Shown piece after piece: positions 1-8,893 of a stretch of DNA of 64,000 nucleotides. The DNA is taken from contig PAPY01000040.1 of NCBI GenBank assembly GCA_002709565.1, positions 2,319 to 66,318 of the forward strand. The letters run 5' to 3'. Position numbers and translations under genes: made by a program. A model generated the notes under the pieces. That model saw only the letters and a program-made list of their open reading frames with translations. It did not search any database and had not been told where the DNA came from. This DNA comes from Legionellales bacterium. GTDB lineage: Bacteria > Pseudomonadota > Gammaproteobacteria > UBA1113. Within the stretch, counting starts at the first letter, position 1; the number at the start of each line of letters is the position of its first letter.

Positions 1-1076
1 TGTCCATGGCTTATACCCCCGGTGTAGCGCGGGTGTGTATGGCAATCCATAATGAGCCTGAAAATGTTTACAAGCTTACCTGCAAGCGCAATACCATCGC
101 CGTTGTTACCGACGGTACGGCAGTACTTGGTCTTGGGGATATTGGTCCTGAAGCAGCAATGCCAGTCATGGAAGGTAAAGCGATGTTGTTTAAAGATCTC
201 GGTGGTGTGGATGCTTATCCGATTTGTTTAGCGACTAAAGATGTGGATGAAATTGTAAAAACAGTCAAATACATGGCGCCAGGGTTTGGTGGTATTAATC
301 TCGAAGATATTTCTGCGCCCCGTTGTTTTGAAGTGGAAGCGCGCCTCAAACAAGAATTAGATATTCCGGTTTTTCATGATGACCAGCACGGCACGGCTGT
401 TGTCCTAACAGCGGCGTTCATCAATGCGATGAAGATAGTGAACAAAAAACCGAGTGATCTCAAAATTGTTGTTAGTGGTGTCGGTGCTGCCGGTGTTGCT
501 TGCACGAAGATGCTGCAAGAAATGGGCGTTAAGAATATCATTGGTTGTGACTCCAAAGGTGTGATTGCGAAAGATCGCGGGGATCTAAATTCAGCGAAAC
601 AAGAGTATCTCGCAACAACGAATCCCAATAATGAAACCGGTACCTTGAAAGACGTCATCAAAGGTGCGGACGTATTTGTCGGTTTGTCAGCCCCTGATAT
701 GTTAGATGAAAAGGATATCAAAGGTATGGCCAGTGATCCGGTGATTTTTGCAATGGCGAATCCTCGTCCTGAAATTATGCCGGAAGTGGCAGGTCCCCAT
801 GTGGCTGTTATGGCAACGGGCCGCAGTGATTATCCGAACCAAATTAATAACGTACTGGCATTCCCAGGTATTTTCCGCGGTGCGTTAGATTGTTATGCCA
901 AAGACATTAATAGTGAAATGCAATTAGCGGCCGCTTATGCTATTGCGAATGTTATTAATGAAGAGAGCTTGTCACCGGATTATATTGTGCCTAGTGTGTT
1001 TGACACCAGCGTTGCCCCAGCCGTTGCTGAGGCAGTGATTGATGCGGCCCGACAATCCGGCGTAGCTCGTAAGTAA
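1..1076 (+). CDS. NAD(P)-dependent malic enzyme, 5' end outside the window
   Basis: Motifs [50 protein letters not shown]. The reading frame of the 6..1076 ORF is open to the window edge. Confidence 0.93.
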   Translation, partial: SMAYTPGVARVCMAIHNEPENVYKLTCKRNTIAVVTDGTAVLGLGDIGPEAAMPVMEGKAMLFKDLGGVDAYPICLATKDVDEIVKTVKYMAPGFGGINLEDISAPRCFEVEARLKQELDIPVFHDDQHGTAVVLTAAFINAMKIVNKKPSDLKIVVSGVGAAGVACTKMLQEMGVKNIIGCDSKGVIAKDRGDLNSAKQEYLATTNPNNETGTLKDVIKGADVFVGLSAPDMLDEKDIKGMASDPVIFAMANPRPEIMPEVAGPHVAVMATGRSDYPNQINNVLAFPGIFRGALDCYAKDINSEMQLAAAYAIANVINEESLSPDYIVPSVFDTSVAPAVAEAVIDAARQSGVARK

Positions 1077-1130
1077 GTTCCCTTGGCGCCAAGCACATTA
1101 GATGGCTTGGCGTCGAAGCTGGACTTTATT

Positions 1131-1275
1131 CAGCAATTCCCGCTGAAAGCGGAGAATTGCTTCCCAAATACTATCGCCAGCGCGGCAAAGCCGCGCGCAT
1201 GGCGACCAAAGGGGGAAAATCGCGATTTCCCCCTTTGGAAACCCCCATCGCGAGAAGTTCAGCGGGAGCCGCTGA
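1131..1275. mobile_element. MITE-like structured repeat, family A, copy 1 (145 bp)
   Basis: Imperfect terminal inverted repeats CAGC...GCTG and four internal hairpins. Flanked by 8-bp direct repeats ACTTTATT (1123-1130, 1276-1283). Homologous to 8221-8364 and 63787-63931. Confidence 0.82.
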
Positions 1276-1278
1276 ACT

Positions 1279-2217
1279 TTATTGTAAAGTGAAACTCATT
1301 TGCGCTAGGGTTTTCCATTCGGTTTGCCCTGGTGGCAATAATTGATAGAGTACTTTCCATTGGCCTTTTTGTACGCCATTCATGTGGCCCTTAATGGGAT
1401 AACCGCCATACGCTAACCAATCCCGCAACGGTTGTTTGATATCACTTTCTTGGGCTTGGCCGTAGAGTTGGCCATTGGGTTGATAGAATTCAAACCGTTG
1501 TTTGTAACCAGTCTGTAGACCATACACTCTTACCCAGGCAACGACAGATTCATCATCGAATGAAAATTGATTCTTGCTCGTGGTTTGTTGTTGAAGTTGC
1601 TGAATGTTCACAGGGGCAGTACTTAAGCCCGACGCAATTAAACCAATAGCCGGCGCTTTAAAAGGCTGAGCCCATATATCCGGTGTGAAAGGATTAACGG
1701 CTTTGCCATTAAAGCCGACCGCGAAATACAATTGTGGGAAGTCAGCCTTGCCGGAAGCACCGACTTGGCCGATGACTTGGCCAGCTTTGACCATATCGCC
1801 GGGTTTGACGGTGATGGAGCCATTTTTGAGGTGGCAATATTGGGCTTGCCAACCGCTAGGATCACGTAACAAAATGCCATTGCCGCATTCTTGGCCTTTT
1901 TGGATGGTATATTGGGTGTCTTTATTGTCTGCCATACCATCGCGGCTTTGCATGACTTGCCCCGCCAGGGCAGCCACAACGGGAACTCCCTGCTGCATCT
2001 CAGCCTGGGTGGGCAGAGCGATATTCAGGGCACCATCACCATTGGGGGCGATATAGCAGGTTTGGCCTAGCTGACATTGGGCTGGGAAGCTGAGCTTGAT
2101 GCTCGGCAATTGTTGCTGAGGGGCCTGGTTTGGGGCTTGATTAGGCTGGGGGTTATTCTGGGCTAAGGCTGGCGCTGAAAGGATACATAGTAGAGATAAC
2201 AATAGTTTTTTTGGCAT
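1279..2217 (-). CDS. Exported M23 (LytM) family protein, probably catalytically degenerate
   Basis: Signal peptide after a GGAGG RBS (MPKK start; the ORF track starts at 2238), QPN-rich linker, CGNG...QYCHLK...GQVGASG. The usual HxxxD and HxH zinc ligands are replaced (FPQLYF). Confidence 0.8.
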   Translation of the reverse strand: MPKKLLLSLLCILSAPALAQNNPQPNQAPNQAPQQQLPSIKLSFPAQCQLGQTCYIAPNGDGALNIALPTQAEMQQGVPVVAALAGQVMQSRDGMADNKDTQYTIQKGQECGNGILLRDPSGWQAQYCHLKNGSITVKPGDMVKAGQVIGQVGASGKADFPQLYFAVGFNGKAVNPFTPDIWAQPFKAPAIGLIASGLSTAPVNIQQLQQQTTSKNQFSFDDESVVAWVRVYGLQTGYKQRFEFYQPNGQLYGQAQESDIKQPLRDWLAYGGYPIKGHMNGVQKGQWKVLYQLLPPGQTEWKTLAQMSFTLQ

Positions 2218-2295
2218 ATTTCCTCCTAGAAATGACATTTTTGTCGATTTTATGCTAAAAATCCCGGAATTTCACGGTTTATTAGGGAATAATTA

Positions 2296-2325
2296 TTAGC
2301 ACTCAGGCGTTGAGAGTGCTAGAAT
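2296..2325 (+). promoter_or_regulatory. CIRCE (HrcA operator) overlapping an extended -10 promoter of rpoH
   Basis: TTAGCACTC-N9-GAGTGCTAG at 2296-2322 (one mismatch to the consensus). TG-c-TAGAAT at 2317-2325. Confidence 0.88.
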
Positions 2326-2356
2326 AGCCAACATAATGACTCTATGGAGGTATTAT

Positions 2357-3214
2357 ATGACGAAAGCGCTACAACCTATCACCATGAATTTACCCGTCGG
2401 CAGCATTGATGCCTATATCCAACGGGCCCATCAAGTGCCTATGCTCAGTGAGGCAGAAGAGCACGATCTGGCCGTCCGTTTTGCCGAACATAATGATCTC
2501 GACGCTGCTCGAACCTTAGTTATGTCCCATTTACGCTTTGTGGTCCGTATAGCCCGTGGTTACAGTGGCTATGGCCTTAATCAAGCGGATTTAATTCAAG
2601 AAGGCAGTATCGGTCTCATGAAGGCGGTCAAACGTTTTGACCCCCACTATGGCGTGCGGCTTGCTTCCTTTGCTGTGCATTGGATCAAGGCCGAAATCCA
2701 CGAATTTATTATCAAGAATTGGCGTATTGTCAAAATTGCCACCACGAAAGCCCAGCGCAAATTATTCTTTAATCTTCGTAATGCCAAAAAGCGTCTCGGT
2801 TGGTTCACCAAAGACGAAGTTGAAGGCGTTGCTGAAGACTTAGGCGTTACTACAGCGGATGTGTTGCATATGGAAGCCCGCTTAAATGCCCAAGATGCGT
2901 CTTTTGATCCGGTATGGGCAACCAATGATGAAGAAGCCTATGCGCCGGCTCATTATCTTGAAGACAAGCGAGCCAATCCAGAGCAGCACGCGTTGCAAGA
3001 TGATTGGTCAGACCAAAGTCGCGATAAGCTGTATGATGCATTGGCACAATTAGATGAGCGTAGCCAAGATATTTTACAAGCGCGCTGGTTAGGTGAGTCT
3101 AAAGCGACGTTACATGAATTAGCCGCTAAGTATAGTGTCTCGGCTGAGCGTATCCGTCAGTTAGAACAAAATGCCATGAAAAAGCTTAAACAAGCGATCC
3201 AAACTGAGCTATAG
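2357..3214 (+). CDS. rpoH: RNA polymerase sigma-32 factor RpoH
   Basis: RpoH box [37 protein letters not shown] at 2346-2350 favours the ATG at 2357. Confidence 0.97.
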   Translation: MTKALQPITMNLPVGSIDAYIQRAHQVPMLSEAEEHDLAVRFAEHNDLDAARTLVMSHLRFVVRIARGYSGYGLNQADLIQEGSIGLMKAVKRFDPHYGVRLASFAVHWIKAEIHEFIIKNWRIVKIATTKAQRKLFFNLRNAKKRLGWFTKDEVEGVAEDLGVTTADVLHMEARLNAQDASFDPVWATNDEEAYAPAHYLEDKRANPEQHALQDDWSDQSRDKLYDALAQLDERSQDILQARWLGESKATLHELAAKYSVSAERIRQLEQNAMKKLKQAIQTEL

Positions 3215-3245
3215 TATCCTTATCAAAATTGATTTGGAGTTCATT

Positions 3246-3872
3246 ATGAATAAGCCTTTTGTCACGGCAGCAGTTGCTGTATCTGCCCTATTCCTATCAT
3301 CATCGAGTTATGCTTTTTTCTTCTCTTCCAGTACGGCAAATTGTTATATGAATGTCGGTGATAGTATGACCACTATCGAGCAAGCCTGTGGTGCTCCCAC
3401 GTCAAAAGAACAAAAAGAAACCGGCGGTCCCTCAAGCAGCATTGTGCAATATTGGAGTTATGATAATACGGTGCGGGAAGGTAACTTGGCGCCACGGGTG
3501 AATCAAAACCCCGATCAAATCAGTGGCCAACGGGGGCGTTTTAACCAGAGTGAAACCTATACCATAGCCAAACAAGGACCGAATTTAATTTTTGCGATTG
3601 ATGGCCAGACTATCAAGTCGATTACTAAGAATGGCAAAAAAGTCTCTCGAGCCAGTTGTCAATCGAGCAGTGTACAAGTGGGTCAAGGGATGCAAGATTT
3701 ACTCTCAGCCTGCGGTAATCCTTCAAACAAGAATATTGGCCACAAAAGCACAGACAAACCAGAAGAAACACTGACTGTGTGGAAATATGATCTCGGCCAA
3801 TTCCGCAACCCAGTGGTATTAACCTTCGGCCCTGATGGTAAGTTACGCAATATCAATGCGGATGGGCAGTAA
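3246..3872 (+). CDS. Exported protein with two DUF2845-like repeats
   Basis: Signal peptide, then two VGxxMxxxxxACGxP...W-x-Y repeats. Confidence 0.7.
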   Translation: MNKPFVTAAVAVSALFLSSSSYAFFFSSSTANCYMNVGDSMTTIEQACGAPTSKEQKETGGPSSSIVQYWSYDNTVREGNLAPRVNQNPDQISGQRGRFNQSETYTIAKQGPNLIFAIDGQTIKSITKNGKKVSRASCQSSSVQVGQGMQDLLSACGNPSNKNIGHKSTDKPEETLTVWKYDLGQFRNPVVLTFGPDGKLRNINADGQ

Positions 3873-3921
3873 TCTAAAAATAAGTTTGATCATTATATAA
3901 AAATGCATTATATCGTATATA

Positions 3922-4245
3922 ATGAGTGGAGTGCAGGGCAAGAATCGTGATGAGTTGCTCCAACAAATCCACGCACTGGCCAAACAAGATAAGAGGTACG
4001 GTATGGTAACACTGGGTGAAGTATTAAATGATGAGTTCAAACGAATTGGATTAGAAATGGGCCTTGAGCAAGGTCTCGAGCAAGGTCTCGAGCAAGGCCT
4101 CGAGCAAGGTCGGCGGCAAGAGCGAGTCGAGATCATTAGACGCATGCTGACACGAGATATTACGTTAGATCTTATTGAAGCGGCCACTGGTGCGACTCGA
4201 GAACAAATCCTCGAAGTCGCAGCGGATGAATCAATCGGCTCTTAA
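3922..4245 (+). pseudogene. C-terminal fragment of an Rpn/YhgA-like (PD-(D/E)XK) protein, with an intact RpnS-like ORF at 4003-4245
   Basis: GLEQ x4 followed by ERVEIIRRML...DLIEAATG, the typical Rpn tail. No nuclease domain. Internal ATG at 4003 is preceded by AAGAGG. Confidence 0.78.
4060..4107 (+). repeat. 12-bp coding tandem repeat x4 (GLEQ)
   Basis: ggYctYgagcaa repeated four times. Confidence 0.95.
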
Positions 4246-4454
4246 CGACGGGGGGTGTTTGAACGCTCTCTCTGAGATACTGAGCCATAGCTTTTTCTCG
4301 TACTAGTCTCTGCATCATCTGGTGGGCCATCAGCAATGGCTTTATGATCAGTTTTAAACACTCCGCGTATTGAGCGTGGTAGCGTACTAGCGCTGGGTTG
4401 TGTTTTCTTATCACCCGTAATAGCTTGCTTCTCAGTTGAAGTACCTTGACCCAT
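4242..4454 (-). CDS. Small hydrophilic hypothetical protein (70 aa, MGQGTS...)
   Basis: GAGGAG RBS upstream of the ATG at 4454, directly downstream of ychJ on the same strand. Confidence 0.5.
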   Translation of the reverse strand: MGQGTSTEKQAITGDKKTQPSASTLPRSIRGVFKTDHKAIADGPPDDAETSTRKSYGSVSQRERSNTPRR

Positions 4455-4492
4455 GATAGTCTCCTCATTGTTATGATTAAAATAAAGCGTTG

Positions 4493-4867
4493 TTATGCAG
4501 TACCGATGTAATACCATCGACCAAGTATGCGACGAAAGACGCTATTCTCCTGCATGACTTGCAGTTTGCCATTATAGACATAATAAGCTCTGAATTCGAC
4601 TGTCGCGCGGTCTTCTTGTTCATGACTATTTAAGACGTCTAGTTTTTGCCATTGTACTTGCTCGGCCCAGGCTTTGGCGTCTTTTGAGTCAAAGCCTTCT
4701 AACGCTTGTTCTTTCATGGTGTCGGCAATGTAGTTAATATTTGCCAAACTATAAGCAGTGTAACGGGAACGCATGAGGGCTTCAGCGGTAGGCGGTATTT
4801 GTTTACCATCTAGGTAAGATTTACAGCAAGCGTCATAGGTCTTTGATGAACAGCAAGGACACATCAT
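4493..4867 (-). CDS. ychJ: YchJ family protein (SEC-C motif, NTF2-like)
   Basis: CPCCSSKTYDACC, PTAEALMRSRYTAY, VEFRAYY, ENSVFRR...WYY. Confidence 0.92.
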   Translation of the reverse strand: MMCPCCSSKTYDACCKSYLDGKQIPPTAEALMRSRYTAYSLANINYIADTMKEQALEGFDSKDAKAWAEQVQWQKLDVLNSHEQEDRATVEFRAYYVYNGKLQVMQENSVFRRILGRWYYIGTA

Positions 4868-5370
4868 GCTTGTGTTGCCTCAAGGGGCGATAATGCAATG
4901 GGCGTTAAGGACGATTTGTCACGATATGCCTCCCACAGCTCAGCAAAGCTTAGGTTAAACAATGGATGCTTTCGTGAGCCGGCAATATCTGCTAAGGGTC
5001 GTAAGACAAACGGGTACTGTAGAATATCATTGCGTGGCAATGTTAACTCAGAACTAAAAACCACACTGTCACCGTAGAGTAGCAAGTCAATATCCAAGGC
5101 GCGGGGGGTGAAGGCTTTGCTATCAGGTGCACGGCCAAAGCGTAGTTCGATATCAGACAGTTGTTCGATGATATCAACCAGAGGAAGATCAGTCACAACA
5201 TGAACCACACAATTTAAAAATACTTCACCGTCGAAACCAACGGCCGATGACGCATAGGTGGGTGAGCAGGTTATAGTATTGAAGTGAGCTTCGATGGCGT
5301 TAATACCCTCTCGTAAGTTTTTCTGGGGCGCAATATTACTGCCTAGTGCTAAGAAAACATCAACACTCAT
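4864..5370 (-). CDS. folK: 2-amino-4-hydroxy-6-hydroxymethyldihydropteridine pyrophosphokinase
   Basis: LALGSNI, FLNCV, PRALDIDLLLY, FVLRPLADI. Coupled to folB. Confidence 0.95.
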   Translation of the reverse strand: MSVDVFLALGSNIAPQKNLREGINAIEAHFNTITCSPTYASSAVGFDGEVFLNCVVHVVTDLPLVDIIEQLSDIELRFGRAPDSKAFTPRALDIDLLLYGDSVVFSSELTLPRNDILQYPFVLRPLADIAGSRKHPLFNLSFAELWEAYRDKSSLTPIALSPLEATQA

Positions 5371-5722
5371 CCGCTACCTCGCCACGGCTAACGCTGACAC
5401 TGACCGTACCTGCTTTGATAGCGCCAGGCTTAGCGACCCGTAATTTTACCCAGGGCATATTGAAACTGTCTTGAATAAACCGTGCAGTCTTATCAGCAAG
5501 GGTTTCGATGAGTTTGAATTCGCTTTCTCGAATAAAGGTTGATGTGATAGTGGCAATGTCAGCGTAGTTAGTGGTTTTGTCCAAATCATCATCCTGGGCT
5601 GCAAGTGCTGCATCACAGGGAAGTTCCAAATCCAAAATCACGGTTTGTGGGCATTGGCGCTCCCAGGGTAAGACACCAATAATAGTATCAACCCGTAACC
5701 CGCTAATATGGATGCTATCCAT
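5360..5722 (-). CDS. folB: Dihydroneopterin aldolase
   Basis: IIGVLPWER...Q, NYAD, FKLIETLA, VAKPGA. Confidence 0.95.
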   Translation of the reverse strand: MDSIHISGLRVDTIIGVLPWERQCPQTVILDLELPCDAALAAQDDDLDKTTNYADIATITSTFIRESEFKLIETLADKTARFIQDSFNMPWVKLRVAKPGAIKAGTVSVSVSRGEVADEC

Positions 5723-7256
5723 GGTTCACCAATGCAGCTTGTTTGACGATGCTAGTCTCAAAATTATTAAACTGCGATTCTAAACGCCACTGCAAACGGG
5801 CTTTGGCATTATTCTGTAAAAATCCATCACAACTCTTGGAGCGCAATGTGTCACCCAAGTTATCCCGGCGGCAAGCCTTAACGACTTCGGCTGTCTCGGC
5901 ATTGTCCCATAAACTATTACCGGGCATAAAACTATAGGTAATGCTATTACGGACAATGGTTTTGACGGTAGGGTAATCCAAGTCATAGGTTTCGATAGCC
6001 CGCTGGTATTCTCGGGTAATATTGGTTCGCAAAATCCCTTCATCATCAGTTGCTAGTACCACAGGCACGTGCTTGCTGAGATATAACGGCAACGGATGTC
6101 GGTCACCACTGACATGGAGCAAAGTATCGTTGCTGGTTAAGTTGATTTCAACAGGGATATGTTTAGCGGCCATTTCAGCTAATAAATTATTGGCATTATT
6201 TTCCCCAGCGATATCCACACCATGACCAATGCGTTGGGCATTGCCCATGTGTACGGCATCAGCAATGTGGTAACTCAAGTCTGCTGGCGTGACGACACTA
6301 GGGCTTAACTCACCGGCATGCAGGGCAATATTGACGCCCGGATAAATGCCATGAAGGTAATTCATCATTAGCATTTGTAAATGATAGTCTCGTAGTGCTG
6401 TGACACTGTCTTCGGGTGCCACCAAGTTGACAGCAACGATTTGTGGGTCGCGTTTTGCGAGCTCAAAGGCAGTTAATAATTGCGCGAACACCAACTTCGG
6501 CTCAACATCGCGCACAGCAAGGTATTCATAACGAAACGTCATGTTACAACCCGGCTCTGCCTTATCGGTGCCGCAATGCATTTTTTGGCGGGCAAGGTTT
6601 GTGTCGGATTTGATTTTTGCTTGGATCTCATTAACCAGTTCTGGTATACCTTGCTTCATGAGTTGTTGGCGTAGCACACTCAAATCTTGATTCCACTCAA
6701 CTTGGCTACCAATCTCCATGGCTTTGTCACCCATGGTCGTTAGCATAGGCTCCATGTAAATTTCATGTTGTTTGGCACCGCGGTTTAAAATTTCGGCCAA
6801 GGTGTCAGCACCATGGTCCGAGGTCACGGGATAAATTCGTGGGAAAATACCAAAGAAATGCTGTTCATTGGTTTCATGGCCTTCAACAAAGCTACGCATA
6901 GACCAACTGTCCACGACTCGGTTATAGAGGGCTTCATCCTTGGGTAAATCAGCGAGGGTGACGCCACTGTTACAGGTTTTGCTGGCATGGGGGGTGAGGG
7001 TATGCTCATCGACACAGATATTGTCTTTTTGGCCATAGCGGATGAGGTTCTCAGCATAGGCGGCGCCGGAGCGATGGATGTGGAGATCCCCACCTTTGGG
7101 CATTGTATCGAGGAAAAGCTGTAAAGAGCTTGGCTGCTGTTTTGCCTGCTCAAAGATGGCACTTACTTGGTCTTGCTGGCTAAGGGTTTGATTTAACATG
7201 GCATTTGCGCTGCATGTCAGGCTTAGCCCCAGTAATATGGCAATAGTTTGTTTCAT
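5715..7256 (-). CDS. Secreted adenosine/AMP deaminase family protein (ADGF/ADA2-like)
   Basis: Signal peptide, MPKGGDLHIH, LHAGE, RIGHG, TDDEG metal and catalytic motifs. Confidence 0.88.
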   Translation of the reverse strand: MKQTIAILLGLSLTCSANAMLNQTLSQQDQVSAIFEQAKQQPSSLQLFLDTMPKGGDLHIHRSGAAYAENLIRYGQKDNICVDEHTLTPHASKTCNSGVTLADLPKDEALYNRVVDSWSMRSFVEGHETNEQHFFGIFPRIYPVTSDHGADTLAEILNRGAKQHEIYMEPMLTTMGDKAMEIGSQVEWNQDLSVLRQQLMKQGIPELVNEIQAKIKSDTNLARQKMHCGTDKAEPGCNMTFRYEYLAVRDVEPKLVFAQLLTAFELAKRDPQIVAVNLVAPEDSVTALRDYHLQMLMMNYLHGIYPGVNIALHAGELSPSVVTPADLSYHIADAVHMGNAQRIGHGVDIAGENNANNLLAEMAAKHIPVEINLTSNDTLLHVSGDRHPLPLYLSKHVPVVLATDDEGILRTNITREYQRAIETYDLDYPTVKTIVRNSITYSFMPGNSLWDNAETAEVVKACRRDNLGDTLRSKSCDGFLQNNAKARLQWRLESQFNNFETSIVKQAALVNHG

Positions 7257-7367
7257 TAAGGCGCCCGTATTGTTATTTCAGCGCGAATTCTACCATGAGT
7301 GATAGCTAAATACACACAGATAACGTATGATTCTTAAAGGTCCTAATCACCTAATCTTGGAGGCTTA

Positions 7368-8177
7368 ATGAAAACCAAATCGATACTCGCGACTCTTTTT
7401 ACCTTAATGTTTACCCTCGGCATGGCCAATAGCCTGTATGCCGACACGCCAGCCAATGGCAAGGGCAAAACCCTGGTGGAGAAGATCCTTAGCAACCAAG
7501 GCAAAGTGGTGGATGAATTCAGCTCGCTGGGTAATCTGCAAGGGTTTGTGGTCAAAGCTAACAACGGCCAGCAAGCTATCGTCTATGCTGACAAAGACGG
7601 TCAATTCGCGATAGTCGGCGCATTGTTTGATGGCAATGGTGAGAATGTCAGCGAAAAAGACAACCAAGCGCGCATTATGTCGCCAGTTGCTAAAGAAGCC
7701 CTCAAGGCTGCCAAAGATACGGCCTGGGTAAGAGATGGTGATGATGACGTCAAAAAAGTCATTTATGTTGTCGGCGATCCCAACTGTTCTTATTGCAACA
7801 AATTCTACCAAGAAGCCCGCTCATTGGTGAAAAATAAAGACGTTCAACTACGTTGGATTTGGGTTGGTTTCTTGAAGCCTTCCAGCAGTGGTATGGCCCA
7901 AGCTATCTTGGCGGCTAAAGATCCCGCAAAAGAAATGGCGAAGAACGAAAACAACTTCAAATCCGGTTCTGAAGACGGTGGCATCAAGCCTCTCAAAAAA
8001 CCGTCCAAAGAGGTATTGGAGAAATTCAACAAGAACATGGAATTTATGAATACTTATCAATTCCCTGGCACACCGGTGTTAATTTACCAAGACAAGGACG
8101 GCAAACCACAAACCGTCTTTGGTGTCCCTGTGGGCGACAATCTGAAGAAGTTAGTGGACAGCGTTGCCTCAGAGTAG
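7368..8177 (+). CDS. dsbG: Thiol:disulfide interchange protein DsbG
   Basis: Signal peptide, DPNCSYC, LRWIWVGFL, GTP cis-Pro loop. Confidence 0.85.
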   Translation: MKTKSILATLFTLMFTLGMANSLYADTPANGKGKTLVEKILSNQGKVVDEFSSLGNLQGFVVKANNGQQAIVYADKDGQFAIVGALFDGNGENVSEKDNQARIMSPVAKEALKAAKDTAWVRDGDDDVKKVIYVVGDPNCSYCNKFYQEARSLVKNKDVQLRWIWVGFLKPSSSGMAQAILAAKDPAKEMAKNENNFKSGSEDGGIKPLKKPSKEVLEKFNKNMEFMNTYQFPGTPVLIYQDKDGKPQTVFGVPVGDNLKKLVDSVASE

Positions 8178-8220
8178 CAACGATAAAGAGCTAAATTAAG
8201 CCATCGTTTAGCCCTTTTCT

Positions 8221-8364
8221 CAGCAATTCCCCGCTTCCGGCGGGAATTGCTTCCCAAGTATTACGCTACGCGCGAAGTAAATTCGCACTTGCGCCTAAGA
8301 GGGAGAATCGCGATTCTCCCTCTTAGGAAACTCCCATCGCGAAAAGTCGAGGGGAAGCAGCTGG
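8221..8364. mobile_element. MITE-like structured repeat, family A, copy 2 (diverged)
   Basis: Same layout as 1131-1275, with a perfect 34-bp palindrome at 8294-8327. Flanking repeats are degenerate (CCTTTTCT versus CTTTTTTG). Confidence 0.75.
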
Positions 8365-8455
8365 CTTTTTTGAATTATTCTTTAAATTATTTACATAAAA
8401 TGCTTGATCGCATAAATCCGCCATGTTAGCGTTGGCTTCACGGTTAGGAGTCACT

Positions 8456-8893
8456 ATGCGATTGATGTTTATGTTCTTAAGTCTTCTCTTGCTCGGCGGT
8501 TGTGCGTCATCGAAAATTGCTATCAGTGTTGATGCTGCCCCCTATCTTAATCCCAATCAAACGGGCATTGCGGAACCGGTGGAACTGGTGGTGTATCAGT
8601 TACGGACCAGTGATGGTTTCCAGCAGGCGAGCTTTGACCAACTGTGGCAACAGGATGAGATGACTCTTGGGACACAATTATTGCGTAAACAAAAATATTA
8701 CATCTCCCCTAATAGCCACCAGCTTTGGCAACTACAACGTGATCCTAATGCCGAATATGTGGGTGCGGTGGCCTTATTTCGTCAACCCGACAGTGAACAT
8801 TGGCGGGTTGTGACACCCCTCAATAAAACAGCCCCGGGATTTGATAACCATGTGCGCTTATCCCTCAAGAGTAATCAATTAAGGGAGCAATGA
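8456..8893 (+). CDS. tssJ: T6SS outer-membrane lipoprotein TssJ
   Basis: Lipobox LGGC, LNPN...PVELVVYQLR...FQQASF, YVGAVALFR...WR. AGGAG RBS before 8456. Confidence 0.88.
   Translation: MRLMFMFLSLLLLGGCASSKIAISVDAAPYLNPNQTGIAEPVELVVYQLRTSDGFQQASFDQLWQQDEMTLGTQLLRKQKYYISPNSHQLWQLQRDPNAEYVGAVALFRQPDSEHWRVVTPLNKTAPGFDNHVRLSLKSNQLREQ

Noticed and set aside
1083-1345. Short ORFs 1083-1292 and 1157-1345, and similar ones at 8247-8429 and 63769-63957
   Set aside because: They are read-throughs of repeat family A in different frames and strands. Their peptide similarity reflects the shared DNA repeat.
3843-4187. Antisense ORF with (CSRP)n repeats
   Set aside because: It is the reverse-strand shadow of the GLEQ repeat in the Rpn fragment.
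8221-8364. Family A element as a cis-regulatory RNA shared by the tssJ and icmH leaders
   Set aside because: It is sense to tssJ but antisense to icmH, and copy 1 lies between convergent genes. Target-site duplications favour a mobile origin.
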